Made by a program: the position numbers and the translations under genes. The notes below the pieces were generated by a model. That model was given only the letters and a program-made list of their open reading frames with translations. It made no database searches and had not been told where the DNA came from. From Squalus acanthias (lineage: Eukaryota), in contig CM059432.1 in assembly GCA_030390025.1 (NCBI GenBank), positions 93,870,001 through 93,934,000 on the forward strand: a DNA stretch of 64,000 nucleotides, written 5' to 3'. Of this stretch, positions 51,423 through 64,000 are shown in pieces. Positions within the stretch are counted from its first letter, which is position 1. Every line of letters starts with the position of its first letter.

Positions 51423-53910
51423 CATAAGAACATAAGAAATAGGAGCAGGAGTAGGCCAATTGGCCCCTCGAGCCTGCTCCGCCATTCAATAAGATCATGG
51501 CTGATCTGATCCTAACCGCCAATCTACTATCACAGAACCATCTCTTGAACCTAACAGAATTGGACACACGAAATAGGAGCAGGATCAGGCTACACGGCCC
51601 CTGGGCCCGCTACGCTACCCACAGGGCCATGACCGATCCGAACCTAGACTCATGTCCAAATTCCTGCCCGCTCCCCGTAACCCTTAATTCCCTTTACTTC
51701 GAGGAAACTGTCTATTTCTGTTTTAAATTTATGTAATGATGTAGCTTCTACAGCTTTTTGGGGCAGCATATTCCATGGACCTACCACCCTCTGAGTGAAG
51801 TAGTTCCTCCTCATCTCAGTTTTGAAAGAGCAGCCCCTTATTCTAAGACTATGCCCCCTAGTTCTAGTTTCACCCATCATCAGGAACATCCTCCCCGCAT
51901 CCACCCGATCCAACCCCTTCACAATCTTATATGTTTCAATAAGATCGCCTCTCATTCTTCTGAACTCCAATGAGTAGAGTCCCAATCTACCCAACCTCTC
52001 CTCATATGTCCATCCCCTCATCCCCGGATTAACCGAGTGAACCTTCTTTGTACTGACTGGAGAACAAGTATGTCTTTTCTTAAGTATGGACACCAAAACT
52101 GTATGCAGTATTCCAGGTGCGGTCTCACCAATACCTTGTACAACTGAAGCAATACCTCCCTATTTTTATATTCTATCCCCCTAGCAATGAAAGCCAACAT
52201 TCCATTGGCCTTCTTAATCACTTGCTGCACCTGCATACTAACCTTTTGAGTTTCGTGCACCAGGACCCCCAGATCCCTTTGTACTTCAGTACTTTCCAGT
52301 TTCTTGCCATTAAGATAATAACTTGCTCTACTATTTTTCCTGCCAAAGTGCATAACCTCACACTTTCCAGTATTGTATTCCATCTGCCAAATCTCTGCCC
52401 ACTTACTTAGCCTGTCTATGTCCCCTTGCAGATTTTTTATGTCCTCCTCACTCACTACTTTCCCTCCCATCTTAGTATCATCTGCAAACTTTGATATGTT
52501 ACACTCGGTCCCCTCCTCCAAATCGTTAATATAGATTGTAAAGAGTTGGGGACCCAGCACTGACCCCTGCGGAACACCACTAGTTACTGATTGCCAGTCT
52601 GAGAATGAACCGTTTATCCCAACTCTCTGCCTTCTGTTAGATAGCCAATCCTCTATCCATGCCAGAATATTACCCCCAATCCCGTGATTTTTTATCTTAA
52701 GCAATAATCTTTTGTGTGGCACCTTGTCAAATGTCTTTTGGAAGTCTAAATACACCACATCCACTGGTTCCCCTTTATCCACCCTGTATGTTACTTCCTC
52801 AAAGAACTCCAGCAAATTTGTCAAACATGACTTCCCCTTCATAAAACCATGCTGACTTTGTCCTATTAAATTATGATTATCCAAATGTCCCGTTACTGTC
52901 TCCTTAATAATGGACTCCAAAATTTTACCTACCACAGATGTTAGGCTAACCGGTCTATAGTTTCCAGCCTTCTGTCTACTGCCCTTTTTAAATAAGGGTG
53001 TTACATTAGCAGTTTTCCAGTCTGCCGGGATCTTTGCTGAGTCCAGGGAGTTTTGGAAAATTATTACCAATGCATCCACAATCCCTACCGCCACTTCCCT
53101 CAAGACCCTAGGATGTAAGCCATCAGGGCCAGGTGATTTATCCGCCTTGAGTCCCATTATTTTACCGAGTACCACTTCCTTAGTGATTTTGATCGTGTTT
53201 AGCTCCTCCCCCCCTATAGCCCCCTGTTTGTCCAGTGTTGGGATATTCTTAGTGTCCTCTACTGTAAAGACTGATACAAAATATTCAGTGTATTTGCCAT
53301 CTCCATATTTCCCACCATTAATTTCCCGGTCTCATCCTCTAAGGGACCGACATTTACTTTAGCCACCCTTTTTCTTTTTATATAACTATAAAAACTCTTA
53401 CTATCTGTTTTTATATTTTTTGCTAATTTACTTTCATAATCTATCTTCCCTTTCTTAATCAATCTTTTTGTTATTTTTTGCTGTCTTTTAAAGTTTTCCC
53501 AATCCTCTATCCTCCCACTAGATTTGGCTACCTTATAAGCCCTTGTTTTTAGTCGAATACTATCCATAATTTCTTTACTTAGCCACGGATGACTGTCTTT
53601 TCTTTTACACCCTTTTCTTCTCAGTGGAATATATTTTTTTTGGAAATTGTAAAATAATTCCTTAAATGTACACCACTGATCATGTATCGTCTTACCCTTT
53701 AATCTATTTTCCCAATCCACTCTACTAAATTCCGCTCGCATACCTTCATAGTCTCCTTTAGTCAAGCTTAGCACGCTTGTTTGAGATCCAACCTTCTCAC
53801 CCTCTAATTGAATATGGAATTCAACCATGTTATGGTCACTCATTCCAAGGGGATCCTTTACTAGGACATTTTTAATTAATCCTGTCTCGTTACACAGGAC
53901 CAGATCTAAC
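51423..53910 (-). mobile_element. CR1 LINE, 5'-truncated, with long open RT frame
   Basis: 385-aa ORF 52018-53175 (KSPGPDG, YRPVSLTS, FADD), upstream 194-aa frame, CR1 tail at 51423. Confidence 0.93.
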
Positions 53911-56900
53911 CTTCGACTTCCTACTGTGCTTTCCCAACACTAAACATCTGTCTGGTTTCTGAACTCATAGCTTTTCCTTTGAGAAATATCCTATATATGA
54001 CCTTAAGTTATTACCTTTCACATGCTGTTTCTAACAATAAAAAAATACAAGTTAAAAATTGAACATAGGCAAAAAAAAAATTACAAGGACTTACTGCTCC
54101 CAAATTAACATGGGTAGTTGCAGTTACATGACTATTAAAGTAACCTGGGTTAATTACAGCAACTGTTGATATTTGTGTAGCTCTCAAGATCAGTTGTGTA
54201 CCAGCTAGTTCCCCCAGTGAGTCAGTCATCAGGGAGTGTTTGAACACAAACATAAATAAACAAATGGTGATGCTGCTGCTATTCTGAAGTTGATGGTTAA
54301 AGAGACTTGGTGGCAACAATGATAAAAGATAAGGTTGAATGAACCAAAAGCAACTGAAAAAATGCTCTAATGTAAGTTTCAACAGCTGACAGTGCAATGG
54401 GATGCTCATAGAATTGCATTGGGAGTGTTTGAATCTATACTTCTGAAGATTTTCAGCTAACTAATCCACAGTAAATTACAAGGAAGCTCAATGTCAAATA
54501 CATTTTTGATTGTGGTGCAAAATAGGACTGGCTCTCAAACATTTCAGAAAGTACGTTTGAATGTAATAAATGTTCATTCGACACAGGACACGAGGACCAT
54601 ATTAAATAGTCCAGTTGCTGTTTAACCCGACCCTTCTCCAAAGATGTAAATGTAGAATTTCTGGCTGATAGCCCCCAATGTCCATACAGAGTTAAATACT
54701 ATCCTATCCTATCAACCAACAAGACAGAAAAAAAATTTCGGCCCATGATTAAACAATTCACAGCTGTTACTGGATCAACAAGCCGAACTGAAAAAGAAAA
54801 GAGATTCCAAAAAAGTTTGCTTTCCTTTCTTAGGTTACGCTAATTAAATACGAATCCTAGCGTAGGAAATGTCTGACAGTAACTGGGAAAAAGCATTTCT
54901 GCAAAGACTTGTTGGATAGAAGCAAATGCAGCTGATTTGCGGTTTTTATGGAAAACATTGTCAGATTTGCAGAACACAGTTCCCCAAACACCAGTAAAAA
55001 TCGTGGAAAATCACGTAATCCCATATGATTAGAAACAAAGTTTGGTTTATTCAGTCGCCATAAACCAGTGAGCCTAATGATAAACAGACAGAATAATGGA
55101 ATGCCTTCCCGCAAACCAGTAACAATTCCAGAATCCTTTCTACACGTGATAAAACCTGGATCTGACTTAGTCACTGAAAAATCGTGGCACTGATTAAAAA
55201 AAGATTTTCTTTCCAAATAATGATGCAAGGGTGGTCTGGACCAGAAACAACGCAACAAAATACATTTTCCTAAAAATTCAACAAAAGCTTTCTTCCAGAT
55301 GAGCCGAATGACAGTGTACAATCCTGAACTGAACAGCAAACTAAAGCTATTTTCACAACCTTTTGCCATTTTCCTCTTTATATAGATTTAGTAGTAATTC
55401 AGGTTATTTAAAATAAGTAGCTGTTAGCCACACGATACTACTGAAATAAAGTATCATTTAATTTTTGAGCTAGCAGTAATCCCACTTACAGCACTAATGA
55501 CAGGGCAGCTATAGCTCTCAAAGCAGACACACCCATATTCATGTCTTTAGAGTAGCTGCTTACTACTGAAAAATAAACAGGGCTGGAAGGGAGAGGTAAC
55601 CTCAATACACCCTGCTGTAACTTAGTAACAACAAGGAACATCCTGAAATGTATGAAAGATTATAGTCTACTCTTAATTCAGTCACCACTTCAAATTATCC
55701 AATTTGATTCATTTTTAGCACTTAATTATTACTTTGTTATTTCTGTTGCTTAATTCAAACTGCTGGATAATGCAACTTTTATTAAGCACAAAAAAATATA
55801 ATTATCATCAGGAGCAAACTGTAATATATAGTTTATCTGTGTCCGTTTTTAGAATGAGGTGCAGTATGTGCAGATCCCTAACACTTGAACAGCTGTAGCG
55901 CTGCCATCACATGTCCTGAACTTGGGCATTTCAAACCAGTCAATGACAAAGTAGCAATCAGCATTCCTAATAAGCAGAGTAAGTCGACTTGACATTTCAT
56001 TTTTCACAGAAATACTATAATAAATTAATTCATTTTAATTATAGACCCTATTATTGGAACTGTCAAACCATCCCCCCACCCTCCCCCCGACAGCACCAAT
56101 TTGTGGCGCAGGGTATCCCAGGCCTCATTCACATCCCACCAGACAGCTGCCCGCCTGAAACTGGTGGAATGAGGCAGATGGCCGATAGTTAGAATCAGGT
56201 TGCCCATCAGCTGGAAGGTAATTGAGAGGGAGGTGGTTTTGGCAAGGTCTCGCAGGTGGGAAGGCGAGACGGTAGCCCGGGCAGCAGGAGGCCAAGGTTT
56301 TCCTGTGGAACCTGGAGGAGTTCCCCTGCTCCTCCAAACCACACAAAGGAAAAGTTTTTAAACACTTATCTGTTAAAGTCTCTTCAGCCTACAGAGCAGA
56401 TTTTACTCAGCATGGCAACTATGACGGGCACCCTGCGGTTAAAAGGCCATTGGAGTCCTATATGATCCTGATTTGCATATATGAATGCGACTCCTACCTG
56501 AGTTAGGCAGAGGCTCATCTGCTGCCAAAACCGCAAGTGTTAAAATCCCCGAGCGGGAATGGAGGGGGCAATTGTTTCACTCCTTTTTAATTCCCCCCCT
56601 CCCCCCAAACCAGTTTCCGCTAGGTGGCGGGGGGTGGGAGAAAGAGTTAAAATCCCCTTTAAGGTGAATGTACATTCCCTGAATAAGAGAGCAGGCAAAC
56701 ATTTTACTGCTCACCCTTTAACAGTTATGCTGTTAATCCAGGTGCCAGGAGTGGTGCAAGATCAGCCCAGACAGACTTGTTTGCCAATTTTTTTCCTCCC
56801 TGTGGAGCAAGTTCCTTACCTACACCTGGTGCACATTTGACAGTCTGAATTATATATGTGAAATGTGAATCCATGTCTTACCACTGTGCCAAACCACTAC

Positions 56901-57924
56901 TTACTGTAAATTACTGAATCATTGTAACTTTGCTTTATTGTGTCCTGAACACAATCTATTCAAACCCATGTCTTCTTTTGCAACTTTACCTTCTTTATTA
57001 ACCATCAAAAGTCCTCTGGTGATAATAGTGATTGTTAGGTAAATCCATTTCTTCATTGGTGTTTTTTCTGGTGGTAATCGGTTACTAGTTCGGGCTTCAA
57101 TGGGCCAGGTCCCCAGCTCAATGATCAAGATTTTCAGTGTAAGTTGCAAAAAAATGAATTCTAGTCCTTACAACCCATTCCACACCTAGCTTAAGGACCA
57201 GACTTTACAAATCCTTCTCTCCTCTCCCAGACAGTATCAGTATTTCTGGCACAAAATACAGCCAGAATACTATGGGGAGGAGGGCATTGGCACACTGCAT
57301 TTTGGCCATTAATAGCAGCAGTGCAAATGCATAATACAACAACTAGGCACCCTTACCCCTGCCCCAGAAGAAACATCAGGCTGAAGTCTATGTCTGTTTC
57401 CTCGTAAAATTCAAGTCTAAGAACATCAGTTAGTGATTTTACTCAATACAGTTCTGATATTATTCATCCTGAAAAGTTAAACCATAAAGCTAGGCTGAAT
57501 CAATTTAAAATTCAGTGACCGTAGGGTAGAGGTGTCCAAACTGCAGCCATTGGGCTACATGCACACCGGCTCTGGCAATCCAGCCATCGAAGCCCGGGCA
57601 AGCTAGTGCTGTGTATGTTTCACTTATTTGCCGATTTATCTTGTTTGAATTTTGTGGGTGTGAATGTTGGGAAGGGGCTATTTCTAGTGCTGCTGCCTCA
57701 TTTGTGGATAAGTCGCAAATCAGAACACCAAGATCTGATGGTATCAGCAACTTGAGATATATGCAAGTTAGTAGAAACATAGATTTAAACTTTAAATATG
57801 GGCCTCACATTAGTAATTGAGTCCTGTATTGTTCTCGGACTACAAGACCCATATCTTGATCATATATTTTCTTACTGACTTGTGTTCGTTCCAGCACATT
57901 TACAACTTCAAACTGCCAAATTAG

Positions 57925-58280
57925 ATTTTTTTTTTTATTTATTCTTAGGACAATGCTGGCAAGGCCACATTTATTGCATATCTCAAGCTGCCCTGAGAAG
58001 CTGCTTTCTTGATGGCAATTATATTTTTTTTAACAACTGAATCTTTGCTAGGTCACTTCACAGGACGTTGGAATCAATCGCATAGTGTAGGACTGGAATG
58101 ATGTGTAGGCCAGACCGGGCAGAGGGGGTAGGTTTCCTTCCCTGAAGGACATTAGTGGACTCGATTTCATGGTAAGTTTTTCCTGATGCAGCCCATAAAT
58201 TATCAAATGCACTGAATTCAATTTCACAACTTTCTCTGGTAGAATTAGAAGTCAGCCTCTGGGTTGCAAATTCAGTACCA
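57925..58280 (-). mobile_element. SINE-like element sharing its 3' tail with the 46020 LINE
   Basis: GCTGGCAAGGCC..CATTTATTGC..TGCCCTGAGAAG matches the LINE 3' end; no coding remnant. Confidence 0.55.
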
Positions 58281-59476
58281 TACTCCTGCATGGTTTCCAT
58301 GTGTAATTATTTCTCATCTGGCGCTGAAATCTTTTGATTCTTTTTGACGGCTATAATGAAAAACCAAACTCAGGTGAGGGTTTGTTTATTATTTCACTCG
58401 ACTGCAGCTGGCTATTCATCTTCCTCCAATTACATTCTCAACCACTTTTACACAGAGCAGTAACTAGTTCAGACAGCAACAGCACATACTGTGCAGTCAG
58501 TATTGTGTTTGGTTACAGAGTAAAGGATAGTCCTGTGATACACATCCATGGTTATCTTCTTGAGACAATAAATGTTGATTGTTTTGAATTGGTTTCTAAT
58601 AGAACTTCTCTAAATCAGAGTTAGCTTTCACATTCTGTGCAACACATTCTGAATTCCTTAAGGGAATAACTTAAAGGTTTTCAACAAACTCCCACTGAAC
58701 CCAATCAAAACTTTTCCTGGTAAAAGTGAAAGAAACCTACCAATTACAGTACTGCCTTGAAACATCAGAATTTATTTCAAGTAAACAAGGTAATTTTCTC
58801 TACAAAAACTCTGATGTCCTAAAGCATTAATGTATGTAACGGTTCAGAGCTCTAAAATGGGGCACAGATTGGCCATTCCAACAAATACCAGTGCCTCCAC
58901 TGCACAAGGCAAATCTCACTCTCAGACTAATTTTTAAAACTTGCAGGATAGATATTGACAAGCTCACACACTGCCTCATCTGACTAAAATAGAAGTCTAG
59001 ATCCAGCCAGTAAAACGTCAATTAAATCTGCTATATTAGAAATTAATGGAGTGATGTTAATAGGAAGCTAATGTATTCATCGGAATAATTTTTTAAAAAA
59101 ATATTGAAAGTTAATTTAATTCACATTATTTGCATCTAATCTTAAAGTTGCAGCATCCTTCTGGTATGTTGCGCTCTCCTAAATGCTTTCAGGAATTCCA
59201 TCATGTAACAATCTTTATCCATCCAACCTTTATGATTGCAATGTTTAGGCATCACACCAACATTGATGAATAATGCAGAACTCCACTATTTTCTCCAGTG
59301 GGCTATGTGGAATGGTTTTCAGACAGCTTTAGAAAATGAATTGCACCAAAGTACTCATTGCTGCAGTCTTTTCTTATTTAGATATAAATCATGCAAAATA
59401 ATTTTTTGAAGACCTCCTGATAACATACTGGAGCTGCATGATATTCGATTTTCGATATAAAAGTTAGACGACTGAA

Positions 59477-59882
59477 GTCAGCTTTGGTTCAGTGGTAGCA
59501 CTCGTACATCTGAGCCAGAAAGTTGTGGGTTCAAGCCTCACGAGACTTGAATGCATAATCTAGCCTGAGGGAGTGCTGCACTGTCTGAGGTGCCATCTTT
59601 TGCATGAGATGTTAAACTGAGGTCGCATCTGCCCTATCAAATGTATGTAGAAGATCCCATAGCACTATTTGAATATGAGCGGGGGAGTTCTCCTGGTGTC
59701 CTGGCCAAATTTAGTCCTCAATCAGCACACAACAGATTATCTGATCATTTATCTCATTGAAGTTTGTGGAAGCTTGCTGTCTGCATATTGGCCACTGCAT
59801 TTCCCTGCATTACAGCAATGACTATACGGTGAAGTGCTTAGAGATATCCCAAGGCCATGAAAGGCATTATATAAATGCAAGT
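59477..59882 (+). mobile_element. tRNA-derived Deu-domain SINE (SacSINE1-like)
   Basis: A box TGGTTCAGTGG, B box GGTTCAAGCC, GAGATGTTAAAC.GAGG..GATCCCAT.GCACT..GGAGTTCTCC.GGTGTCCTGGCCAA core, TATATAAATGCAAGT tail; family name from memory. Confidence 0.72.
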
Positions 59883-60019
59883 ATACAAGTCTAACAAATA
59901 TCTGAAGTATCTTGACATTTACAAAGGTTTAATTTTTGATCTGGAAAGCTGACTAGCTCATTAAATTGGGCATAGCACAGCCTTTGAATCTTTGCCAACT
60001 TGCTAAAAGATCTGGCTTG

Positions 60020-60207
60020 CAATCCGGAGCACTCCAGCCATTTCCCTGGTTATGTTTGACTCCGAACCAGAATGCTGTGAATTCGGGTCCAGGGTTGCCG
60101 GTCACTCATACTCACTCACACATTTGAGAAGGCTCATCACCACCTTCTCAAGGGCAATAATTGCTGACCTTGCTAGCAACACCTATATCCAGAAAATGAA
60201 TAAAAAA
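60020..60207 (+). mobile_element. SINE/LINE tail fragment related to 46020 and 57925
   Basis: GAAGGCTCATCACCACCTTCTCAAGGGCAAT..GCTGACCTTGC..AATGAATAAAAAA. Confidence 0.55.
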
Positions 60208-60339
60208 CCCAAGACACCAGCAGCGGAGTGATACTGAAGCAAGGCATTTCTTTCTCTTTTGGAGGAGGAGGTGCCAGTTCTGGACAGAATTTCACACTTT
60301 GACTATCTCTTACACTATTCCAAACTATCATGGAATGGT

Positions 60340-60360
60340 GGGGGGGGGGGGGGGGGGGGG
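60340..60360. repeat. Poly-G run (21 nt)
   Basis: Direct count. Confidence 0.9.
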
Positions 60361-61323
60361 AAGAAAGAGAGAGGAAGAAGCAACATTATAAAGAGAGTAA
60401 AGAAAATATAATTTTTTCAATTAATTTGAAGATACAAAAAAGATTAGAAACATTTTTCTACATATTTCACAATTAAAAGTTATATTATTTAACATAAGGA
60501 AATATGCCCACAGGCTTAATCAACTGCAATCGTATCTCGACACTCTCTTAAATGTGCAAATCATGTAGGAGAGAATTATGTTGACATTAAAATGTTGCTC
60601 TTATTACCACTGATGCTACATCAAGTAAAAGTCTTCATCACTCATGAGAACACTTCATTTATATCAGAGAGCCATTTACACATCTTAATGTCTCATTTGT
60701 CTCCTGCAGATTTCCTATTCTCAAAAACAGTTTTCAACAAACTTATAAATACCATACAAGGTCATTCAACAAAAAAACAACTGATTGTTTGCACAGATAT
60801 TATATTCAGCAAGAGACTTACTATTTCACAAAGCACCCCTCAAAGCACCAGCTGTCACCAACCTAACGACAACATTACAAAACTGCAAATTATTCCTAGC
60901 AGCATATTAGTATCCCCAAGTAAATCTTTAAAGTAGTTGTGCGCTCTCTCTACATTTACCAGTATGTCTCAGTCACCCTTTTTACCATGTTTTAAAACTG
61001 CTTATTAGAAGTAGCCAGAGAGCTTCAGAATTGAACTTCTGGATTTTGCACCAGAAAAGAAAAATCATTTGTGGCAGTTAACAAAACGTGCAAGTTCCAA
61101 AAGACGTTCAGCACTCAAAAGAGCTAATCTGCGCCGTTTCATTTCAGTGATGAAACGGGGGAATTCTGGACAAAATATCTGATTTAAGGCCCGAAACAGG
61201 TTAACAGCAGGCAAGTGAGCCACAGCAGCAAATGTAAACTCTCAATTTATAGCTTTTAGGACAGTGTGTACTCAGAAAACAAAGAATTCAGAATACTAAC
61301 GAGAATGTGGTCAGTGTCCTTAC

Positions 61324-61533
61324 CTCCACCTCACATGTGTGTTCAGAGCCATCCAGAAGGGTCACTTTGCACAGCATGTTCTTTGGCTTTTTTATTACTT
61401 TCAGAGGAGATTTGGATAACTTGCTGGAAGAGGATTTTTGGGAGAGTTTGTCGTCCTCAGTCTGGTGGTCTTCCTGCTGACCCACAGTAACTTTAGCAGA
61501 AGCTCCGTCCGCCTCTTTTTCTCGTTCACCAAT
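61324..61533 (-). CDS. EPB41L3: EPB41L3 (band 4.1-like 3 / 4.1B) internal coding exon, U1 region into FERM N-lobe
   Basis: 210 bp, phase 0-0, ...catag| acceptor and GAG|GTAAGG donor. Translates IGEREKEADGASAKVTVGQQEDHQTEDDKLSQKSSSSKLSKSPLKVIKKPKNMLCKVTLLDGSEHTCEVE. The EDDKLSQKSSSSKLS.SPLK motif is what I recall for 4.1B. The acceptor has a weak pyrimidine tract, so it is less certain than the donor. Confidence 0.9.
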
Positions 61534-63239
61534 CTATGATCAATTAATTTGTCTCATAAGAACATGTTCCATACAACAGTTAAAAGCTCACTACAAACAA
61601 TATGATGCCATGCAGCTTTTCCCTCACAGATAAGATTTAACTGTAAAAAAAAAATTGAAGAAACTAAATTTACTAAGATTAAATTAAAGTGACATTTCAA
61701 TGGCAAAATATTTTATATTATTTAATTAGAAACAAAGTCTACAAAAGTGTTTTCTAGACTCAGAAGTATGCAGCACAGATACAGGCCACGTGGTCCATTG
61801 TGTCTGTGCCAGCTCTTGGCTAAAATTATTCCCATCGCCCTACTCTCCCCCATAGCCCAGTATCATCATCATCTGCTTCAATTGTTTATCCACTTTGCCC
61901 TTAAAGGATGCAACCTCTCTCTCTACTTTGCTTAGTGACAATTTTAAATTGATGAGCCCTGGTCACTGATTCCCTAACCAGAGGAAATAGTCGTCCCCTA
62001 TTCATTCTATTAAAACCCTTCATAGCTTTTAAAATTTCCAATAGATAATCCTCCTTTCATAATTTGTGACAATACCTGTACTCCATTTACTGTTGATAGT
62101 ATAGACCATGTTATGAGAAATAAGAATTTTTTTTAATTGATTAATCTTGCATCCCACTTCACCACCTTCCTTTATCATTAAGCTACCATCTAAACAGCAG
62201 GTGGGATTGTAGACTTCACCCCAGTTCTAACATTTGTGGCTCAGTTCATGTGCACATCCATTCAAAGCATAGCCACTCTTTCCAGTTGGATGGGGAAACA
62301 CCAAGGTCAGTAGCTGGCTGAGCATCAGTGAAGCAACAGGCAGGCAGACTGGAGGGTTTGACTTGGCTGGAATTTAAATCCGGCACAGGCATGATGGGCC
62401 GAATGGCCTCCTCCTGTGCTGTATCATTTTATGATTCAAAGTATCCTCTTAGTCCACTCTGCTCCAGTAGAAGTTCCAGTATCAAAAGTCACTCCTTAAC
62501 TATAGTTTCTCATCCTTGATATTATCCTGGTGAATCTACACTGCACGTGCTGTATGGCTTTAATGTCGTTTCTATAATATGATGTCCAAAATTGCTCATA
62601 CTACTCTAACTATGGCCTAAACAGTGGCTTGTACCACTTTATTTTTCAACTCTATGCCCCTATGTATAAACCAAAAATAAGCGTTTGCCAAACCCACCCT
62701 ACTTTTGTGACATCAGCAAATTTCAATATCGTACTCCCAATGCCCAAGTCCAACATCTCAAGAACAAAAATGGACCCAGTACTGACCAAGAATATACTAA
62801 TTTCAACCAGTTTCTAATCCAAGCCATACTCATTAACCCTAACCCTGTGTTTCCTGTTTATCGACCAACCTTCTATTCATGCTGTTACATTTTCTGCCTG
62901 AGTTTTTGTAACAAGCCTCCTGTGAAACACTTTAGCGAACACCTCAAAGTCCACAAGCACTACGCCGACTGCATTCTCTTTATCTATCCAATCCATCACT
63001 TCAAAAAAACTCTTAGTTTTTATATTTTATCAAACAATGTTGAGGTATATTTTTGCACCAATGTGCCATGACACAAACAATATGTGCATCTGTAGCCAGT
63101 TCACTGCAAGGGGAGTTTCTAATTTAAGCCACATCATATATCGAGATCACACAAAGCAGAAGCAAAATGCTTCCCAAAAGGAAGAGAAAAAAAGTTTGAT
63201 TTAGGGTGCAGTTCTACTATCAAGAGCTCTACTTGCCAA

Positions 63240-64000
63240 AAAAAGCCATGGGCGACTAAAGAGGTAAGGGACAGCATAAAACAAAGAAAAAGCATACAAA
63301 AATGCAAAAAATTGCACAGATCCTGGTGAATGGGAAAAATACAAAGAACAACAAAGGGTCATAAAACAGATAGTAAGAGCTACAAAAAGGAGTATGAAAA
63401 GAAACTTGCAAGGAATATCAAAATCAATATGAAGAACTTTTACAATTACATTAGGAAAAAGAGGGTAGTCAGGAACAATGTTGGCCCCTTAAAAACTGAA
63501 AACATAAAATGGCAGACATGTTGAATAATGACTTTGCGTCAGTATTTACAGTAGAGGAAGAGGAGAGCATTCCAGAAATCCCAAGGAAACTAACGGAATC
63601 GGGGACAGGGACTCAATAAAATTAACCTAAGTAAAATAACAGTAATGAAAAAAATAATGGCACAAAAGAGTGACAAATCCCCAGGACCAGATGGTTTCCA
63701 TTCCAGGGTTTTACAAGGAAGTAGGTGGGCACATTGGAAGATTATAGTTAGGGGATCTGCAAAGTTCTCCAGATTCAGGAACCGTTCCTTTAGATTGGAA
63801 AGTTGCACATGTCACTCCACTATTTAAGAATGGCGAGAGAGGGAAATCAGGGAATTATAGACCAGTTAGCCTAACATCTGTTGTCAGGAAATTATTAGAG
63901 TCTATAATTAAGGATAGGGTAACTGAACACCTCAAAAATTTTCAGTTGATCAGAGAGCCAGCATGGATTTGTGAAAGGTAAGTCATGCCTGACAAACCTG
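63240..64000 (+). mobile_element. CR1 ORF2 fragment running off the window end
   Basis: YEKKLARNIK, KSPGPDGFH, NYRPVSLTS, QHGF.KGKSCLTNL motifs with frameshifts. Confidence 0.85.

Noticed and set aside
52018..53175. Active or domesticated reverse transcriptase gene
   Set aside because: 5'-truncated, lacks ORF1 and most of APE, and is frameshifted on both sides; an ordinary young CR1 copy.
54857..55369. 170-aa minus-strand ORF as an alternative exon or gene
   Set aside because: No similarity to 4.1 proteins or any domain I recognise, and no convincing splice donor.
56820..56844. Possible 25-nt micro-exon (AG..GTAAGG) on the minus strand
   Set aside because: Would shift the frame between two phase-0 exons; no supporting homology.
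59477..59550. tRNA gene
   Set aside because: A/B boxes are present but the cloverleaf is degenerate and it runs into a SINE body.

Overview
Eukaryotic, repeat-rich vertebrate DNA, most likely from a cartilaginous fish (inferred from the CR1/L2/Penelope/Deu-SINE repertoire). The window lies inside one minus-strand gene, EPB41L3 (protein 4.1B/DAL-1). Four consecutive coding exons (61324-61533, 27248-27352, 21046-21088, 17016-17091) splice in frame into the start of the FERM domain; the rest of the gene is outside the window. The introns are a heavily nested transposon landscape: many CR1 LINEs, L2, a second CR1-group LINE with partner SINEs, Penelope-like elements carrying minimal hammerhead-ribozyme motifs, a decayed two-gene Harbinger, a pogo/Tigger-like MITE, and at least nine co-oriented copies of a structured GGCCC/GGGCC-ended MITE family whose internal hairpins co-vary between copies. 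The most unusual items are a perfect 195-bp inverted repeat in which host flank was duplicated in reverse around a MITE (902-1662), the co-varying MITE family, and an in-frame 28-bp micro-inversion in a CR1 RT. No prokaryotic systems, CRISPR arrays, rRNA or true tRNA genes are seen. Almost all ORFs in the track are TE fragments or noise. All calls were made by eye, without database searches.
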